64,000 bases of DNA from positions 79,732,001 to 79,796,000 of the forward strand of contig CM075979.1 in the NCBI GenBank assembly GCA_038087875.1. The letters are read 5' to 3'. The number at the start of each line of letters is the position of its first letter. The first letter of the stretch is position 1. The notes under the pieces were generated by a model. The model saw only the letters and a program-made list of their open reading frames with translations. It had not been told where the DNA came from and made no database searches. Made by a program: the position numbers and the translations under genes. The DNA is from Malacoraja senta. Taxonomy: Eukaryota. Of this stretch, positions 60,385-64,000 are shown piece by piece.

Positions 60385-61583
60385 CTAACATAACTTTGTA
60401 TTGTACAATAACACTTTGTAAAAGAGAAGTCATTATTTATTATTTCAGCTGGTTTTTAATTATCGATTCTTATCGATTCTTATTCGTAACAGGTAATTAT
60501 CCCATCTGAAGCTAGTGCTTTAGCAGGGACAGTAGAGCTATCATTTGTTTCGGTCCACTTTTGTTGGAATTGAGGTTAATGAGGTGACAATCCTAGGATA
60601 AAGTATAGCCTACAAAGTGGTACCCGCGATGGATCTTAGTCGGGGGTAAGAAATGTGTTCATGTCCTTGTTCATATGACTGTTTCTGCCTAATGCATTCC
60701 CTTTACATATCCAGATGCGCAAAGTTAATTCCCCACCCCCCACCTTATTCACCCCCACCTCCCCCCCCACCCCAAAGCAACTCACATGAGAGCTCAAGTC
60801 ATCTCCTTTCAGGGAGAGATTAACAATAGGCCACGTCAAGCATAAAGGAAAACTGTCCCTCCCTGCCTGCCTGCCTCATTTCAGTTCCCTTTCAAGAACC
60901 TTTTCCCTTCCTGGAGAGACCTCTTCAGTTCTGCGTGGAATCTATTGATGGTTGAAACAAGCAGGATTTTATAATGGTACCTTTTGTGAGGAGGCCGGCC
61001 TGTCACGCTGTTTTGCTGCAGTCACGGTTCTCTATGGAGATTTAGCAAGTGTTGTTTTGGATGCAGTTTCCAACTTCTGTCCTGTGGTGTTAAAACCAGA
61101 GCGAATAAAAACTTAAAATAGGAATGCTGGTTTTTTTTTAGAAATAAATGCTGGGTTTTTTTTTCCACATTCGGGCTGAAGAACTGCAGGAAATGAGATG
61201 CAGGGAGGGTAGTAATTTTCATTTTCCGAGTATCTGGGTCTTCTTGATCCTGAACCATGGTGACGGAGAGCTATTTATTCCCATTGTTAGGCTGGTGTGT
61301 GACCTGAACCCCTCTGTGGTAGCAAAGCTGTTATCAGGCAACTGAACCATCCTGCCATCAACTATAGAGTCCTGAGCTATAATCTACCTCATTGGAGACC
61401 CTCAGACTATCTTTGATTGGACTTTACTGGACTTTATCTTGCACGAAACATTATTCACGTTATTCCCTTTATCATGTATGAGTGCAGTGTGGATGGCTCG
61501 ATTGTAATCATGTGTTGTCTTTCCACTGACTGCCTCAGAGGGCGCTGGAGGCAGGTTCTCTGGATGCTTTCAAGAGAGAGCTA

Positions 61584-61721
61584 CTTCTTCCTCTTTCGTG
61601 TGGCGTGCACAGCCTAAAGTTGTTGGACAACTTGTTCTATTTGATCTTCTGTGTGTGCACGTCGAGTTGATGCATTAGTCGAAACAGGACGGACCACGTG
61701 AAGGTTGCAATCTTCCACCCC
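61584..61721 (-). mobile_element. Ribozyme-headed short retroposon, copy 3
   Basis: Perfect 12-bp TSD aagagagagcta (61572-61583 / 61722-61733). Confidence 0.92.
61669..61721 (-). ncRNA. Predicted minimal HDV-like ribozyme
   Basis: GGGGUGG AA GAUUGCA ACC UUCACGU GGU CCGUCCU GUUUCGA C UAA UGCAUC; 1-nt bulge in P2. Confidence 0.75.
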
Positions 61722-62065
61722 AAGAGAGAGCTAGATAGGGCTCTTACAAATAGCAGAGTCAGGGGATATGGGGAGAAGGCAGGAACGGGGTACTGATTGG
61801 GGATGATCAGCCATGATGATATTGAATGGCGGTGCTGGCTCGAAGGGCCGAATGGCCTACTCCTGCACCTATTGTCTATTAACATGCAATAAAAGCTTTT
61901 CACTGTACCACAGTACACGTGACAATAAACTAAACACAACCTCAACTCAAAGCCACCTGACAGTTTGCTGGGCTGGCCTTGTCGTTGTTGACATTGTGTT
62001 GGTGGTACGCGCCGCATCCCTGGTGTGAAGTGACGGAGAGCGCGGATGTTTAACACGGCAAAGTA

Positions 62066-62210
62066 GGGCAGCGGTAGAGCTGCTGCCTCACAGCGCCAGA
62101 GATTCGGCTTCGATCTTGACCACGGGTGCTCTCTGCGCAAACTTTGCACGTTCTCCCTGTGACCGTTTTTCTCCGGGTTCTCCGGTTTCCTCCCACACTC
62201 CAAAGACGTA
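62066..62210 (+). mobile_element. HE1-type V-SINE, 5' half
   Basis: Head and V-domain, ending at 'ccaaagacgta'. Confidence 0.82.
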
Positions 62211-62410
62211 TAGGTGGTCGCAGGGGGCAAATTCGATCCGCCGATTGGCGCAGAAGTCCAGATGAGGTTGAGATCGGCCGCCTCACCCGGTCTAGACGCC
62301 ATATTTCTGGGGGTACTTCCAGGGGGGATTTCAAGTGCATTCTCATAATTTTATCCAGATTGACGGAGGTGCCGGCCCACCAGTTGCTGGAAATATCAGT
62401 GGTGGACCTG
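62211..62410. mobile_element. Possible DNA transposon remnant
   Basis: CpG-rich segment starting after TA and ending 'gtggtggacctg' plus TA; the left TIR is not convincing. Confidence 0.3.
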
Positions 62411-62688
62411 TATAATGCTTTCAACCAATTCAATTCATTCCTTGCCAGAAGAGCTTACAGGAAATTCACGGGACCCCAGGACATTCTGGTTGTGAGACCT
62501 GAGGTGTCTGAGAATCAGTTGGGCTCCAGCCAAGTTGTTCTAGTACAATTCCCACATGGTGACTGTACGGTAAAATTAAAAAAAGTCAAGGTTAAACTCT
62601 CCATTGATAGAGGTTGCAATGAGTACAGAGGAAGATGGCTGTGGTCAGTGACCAATAGCTCAGGGCAATCCAACACCCAACCATTTGT

Positions 62689-62823
62689 AGACACAAAAAG
62701 CTGGAATAACTCAGCGGGACCGTCAGCATCTCTGGTGATGTTTTGGGTCAAGACCCGTCTTCAGTTACTCCCCCTTTTTGTGAATATCTTCGGTTTAAAC
62801 CAGCATCTGCAGTTCCTTCTTAC
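62689..62823. mobile_element. Fold-back PLE terminal element (internally deleted)
   Basis: Flanked by acacccaaccatttgt (62673-62688) / acgcccaaccatttgt (62824-62839). Confidence 0.82.
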
Positions 62824-62979
62824 ACGCCCAACCATTTGTGCCCATTTCATCTACAGTGTGACCTTTGCTTTATTACAAACTCGGATATGAGTATGTTCAC
62901 CCATGCTTGCTGTGTTCAATTCCATCCTCAGAAAAGAAAGCACCCTTCACTTGTATAGAGTTATTGAGTTATACATTCA

Positions 62980-63162
62980 CACAGTGCGGAAACAGGTTCT
63001 ACGGCCCAACTTGCCTGCGTCAACCAACATGCCCCATCTGCACTAGTCCCACCTGCCTTTGTTTGGCCCATAATCCTCTAAACCTATCCTTTCCATGTAC
63101 CTACCTAAACACTTTTTAAACATTGCGATTGTACCTGCCTCAACTACCTTCCCCGGCAGCTC
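62980..63162 (-). mobile_element. CR1 3' end
   Basis: Same subfamily as 20381-20727. Confidence 0.82.
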
Positions 63163-63532
63163 ATTGTAATGACTGGGCAGTGGTCATTTCGACCAAGAGT
63201 GACAGCGTTGCATGTAATTGGTGGACTGATGAGCTCGCTTCAAGGGTTTCCTCACTTGCTACAGAACAGGTGTGGCGACAATTTCCTGAGCATTTTACCA
63301 GTTCAATTGTTGGTGGTGCTAACTAGCATGAGTTATCGCAAGTTAGTTGGTCATTAAGTCAGGCGATTTAAAATCAGCATTGGTCTTTCTCTTACCCAGC
63401 TTCTAAGAAGGTGGACTAATTCTCGGGCTTGTGCTACTCTGCAAATCCCAACATCCCAAATGGTAGATGTACAAATGTTTGGCTTTAAAAACAATGCAAC
63501 CAGCTTTTGGTTTACCAGTTAGTCTACCAGCT

Positions 63533-63806
63533 TTTAGTTTAGTTTAGAGATACAGCGCGGAAACGGGCCCTATGCCCACCGAGTCCCTGCTGACCAGCGA
63601 TCCCCGCATATTAACACTATCCTACAGAGACTAGGGACAATTTACATTTATACCAAGCCAATTAACCTGCAAACCTGTATGTCTTTGGAGTGTGGGAGGA
63701 AACCGAAGATCTCACAGAAAACCCACACGGTCACGGGGAGAACGTACAAACTCCATACAGACAAGCACCCGTAGTCAGGATCGAACCCGGGTCTCTTGCG
63801 CTGTGA
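63533..63806 (-). mobile_element. HE1-type V-SINE interrupted in its head by a MITE
   Basis: Runs to 'gcgctgtga' where the MITE begins. Confidence 0.9.
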
Positions 63807-64000
63807 AGGGCCTGTCCCACTTGGCCGTCATTTGCGCGTCACGCAGATGGCCGCACGTCACTGCCTATGTCATCACGCATCATGCACGCGTAATGCGTAC
63901 CATGCCCGCATCACGTGTGTGTCACGACGCGCGCGTCGTGCGTCGTGACGCTTAAATGATGTTGCGTAAATTACGCGCAAATGACAGCCAAGTGGGACAG
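63807..64000. mobile_element. PIF/Harbinger-type MITE (family A, opposite orientation to 22812), cut by the window edge
   Basis: TIR agggcctgtcccacttggccgtcatttgcgcgt / acgcgcaaatgacagccaagtgggacag; interior partly matches the reverse of 22812-23008. Confidence 0.88.

Larger units (their letters stand above)
61531..61880 (+). mobile_element. CR1 3' end split by the ribozyme retroposon
   Basis: 'gctttcaagagagagcta|gatagggctctt...ctattgtctatt'. Confidence 0.85.
61325..61935 (+). mobile_element. Rex1/Babar 3' UTR split by CR1
   Basis: UTR breaks at 'ccactgactg' (~61532) and resumes 'aacatgcaataaaagc...aataaactaaac'. Confidence 0.82.

Noticed and set aside
62126-62890. 254-aa ORF, the longest in the track
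   Set aside because: It starts in an HE1 SINE, crosses a possible transposon remnant and ends in a PLE terminus; no recognisable domain.

Overview
Repeat-dense, apparently non-coding (intronic or intergenic) vertebrate DNA. It is most likely a cartilaginous fish (skate/ray), inferred from ~25 HE1-type V-SINEs paired with HER1/CR1 LINE fragments. I cannot support any host protein-coding exon; every long ORF in the track is a retroelement fragment, a tandem-repeat read-through or a chance frame. The window holds CR1, Rex1/Babar, L1 and Tx1 3' fragments, old DeuSINE remnants, hAT, Harbinger and Tigger-type MITEs, a two-tier minisatellite, and several unique motif-dense blocks that may be enhancers. 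The main result is two ribozyme-linked retroelement systems. (1) A ~140-160 bp TSD-flanked retroposon (3 copies, minus strand, (GAA)n tail) whose 5' end is exactly G1 of a 53-54 nt minimal HDV-like ribozyme fold with a CPEB3-type L3 loop (UUCACGU). (2) Many short Penelope-like element (PLE) terminal fragments carrying minimal hammerhead cores, often folded back into palindromes and flanked by 11-18 bp TSDs. Family names come from recognition by eye, not from database searches. Boundaries of old repeats are approximate.
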